Source: Octopus bimaculoides (Eukaryota). Taken from it: DNA of 38,620 nucleotides. The notes under the pieces were generated by a model, which saw only the letters and a list, made by a program, of their open reading frames with translations, made no database searches and was not told the DNA's origin. Both the position numbers and the translations under genes were made by a program. Shown piece by piece: positions 38,577-38,620 of the stretch; position 1 is the stretch's first letter, and every line of letters starts with the position of its first letter. Location: the NCBI RefSeq assembly GCF_001194135.2, contig NC_068993.1:59803532-59842151 (forward strand), read 5' to 3'.

Positions 38577-38620
<44 letters not shown>
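38577..38620. repeat. (TA)n microsatellite at the window end
   Basis: Seen directly. Confidence 0.95.

Overview
AT-rich, microsatellite-saturated eukaryotic DNA with nine N-gaps. The SINE families and simple-repeat density point to an octopus-type (coleoid cephalopod) genome; this is inferred from remembered repeat consensus, not from a database search. The window is essentially intronic or intergenic. It holds at least four tRNA-derived SINE families in about 17 copies, three with clear target-site duplications. It also holds an internally deleted DD37D (maT/Bmmar1-like) transposon, a mariner transposase remnant, two R4/Dong-like non-LTR fragments, a possible RTE remnant and a decayed ~30-bp minisatellite. 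Almost all ORFs in the track are microsatellite or gap artefacts, and no complete host gene can be called. The best leads are a TATA/E-box promoter candidate at 467-900 and two isolated + strand exon candidates (5871-5939 and 36709-36762), whose hypothetical join loosely resembles PACAP/VIP (speculative). An inverted SINE pair at 2985-3416 could form an RNA-editing substrate. I found no convincing novel biological system.
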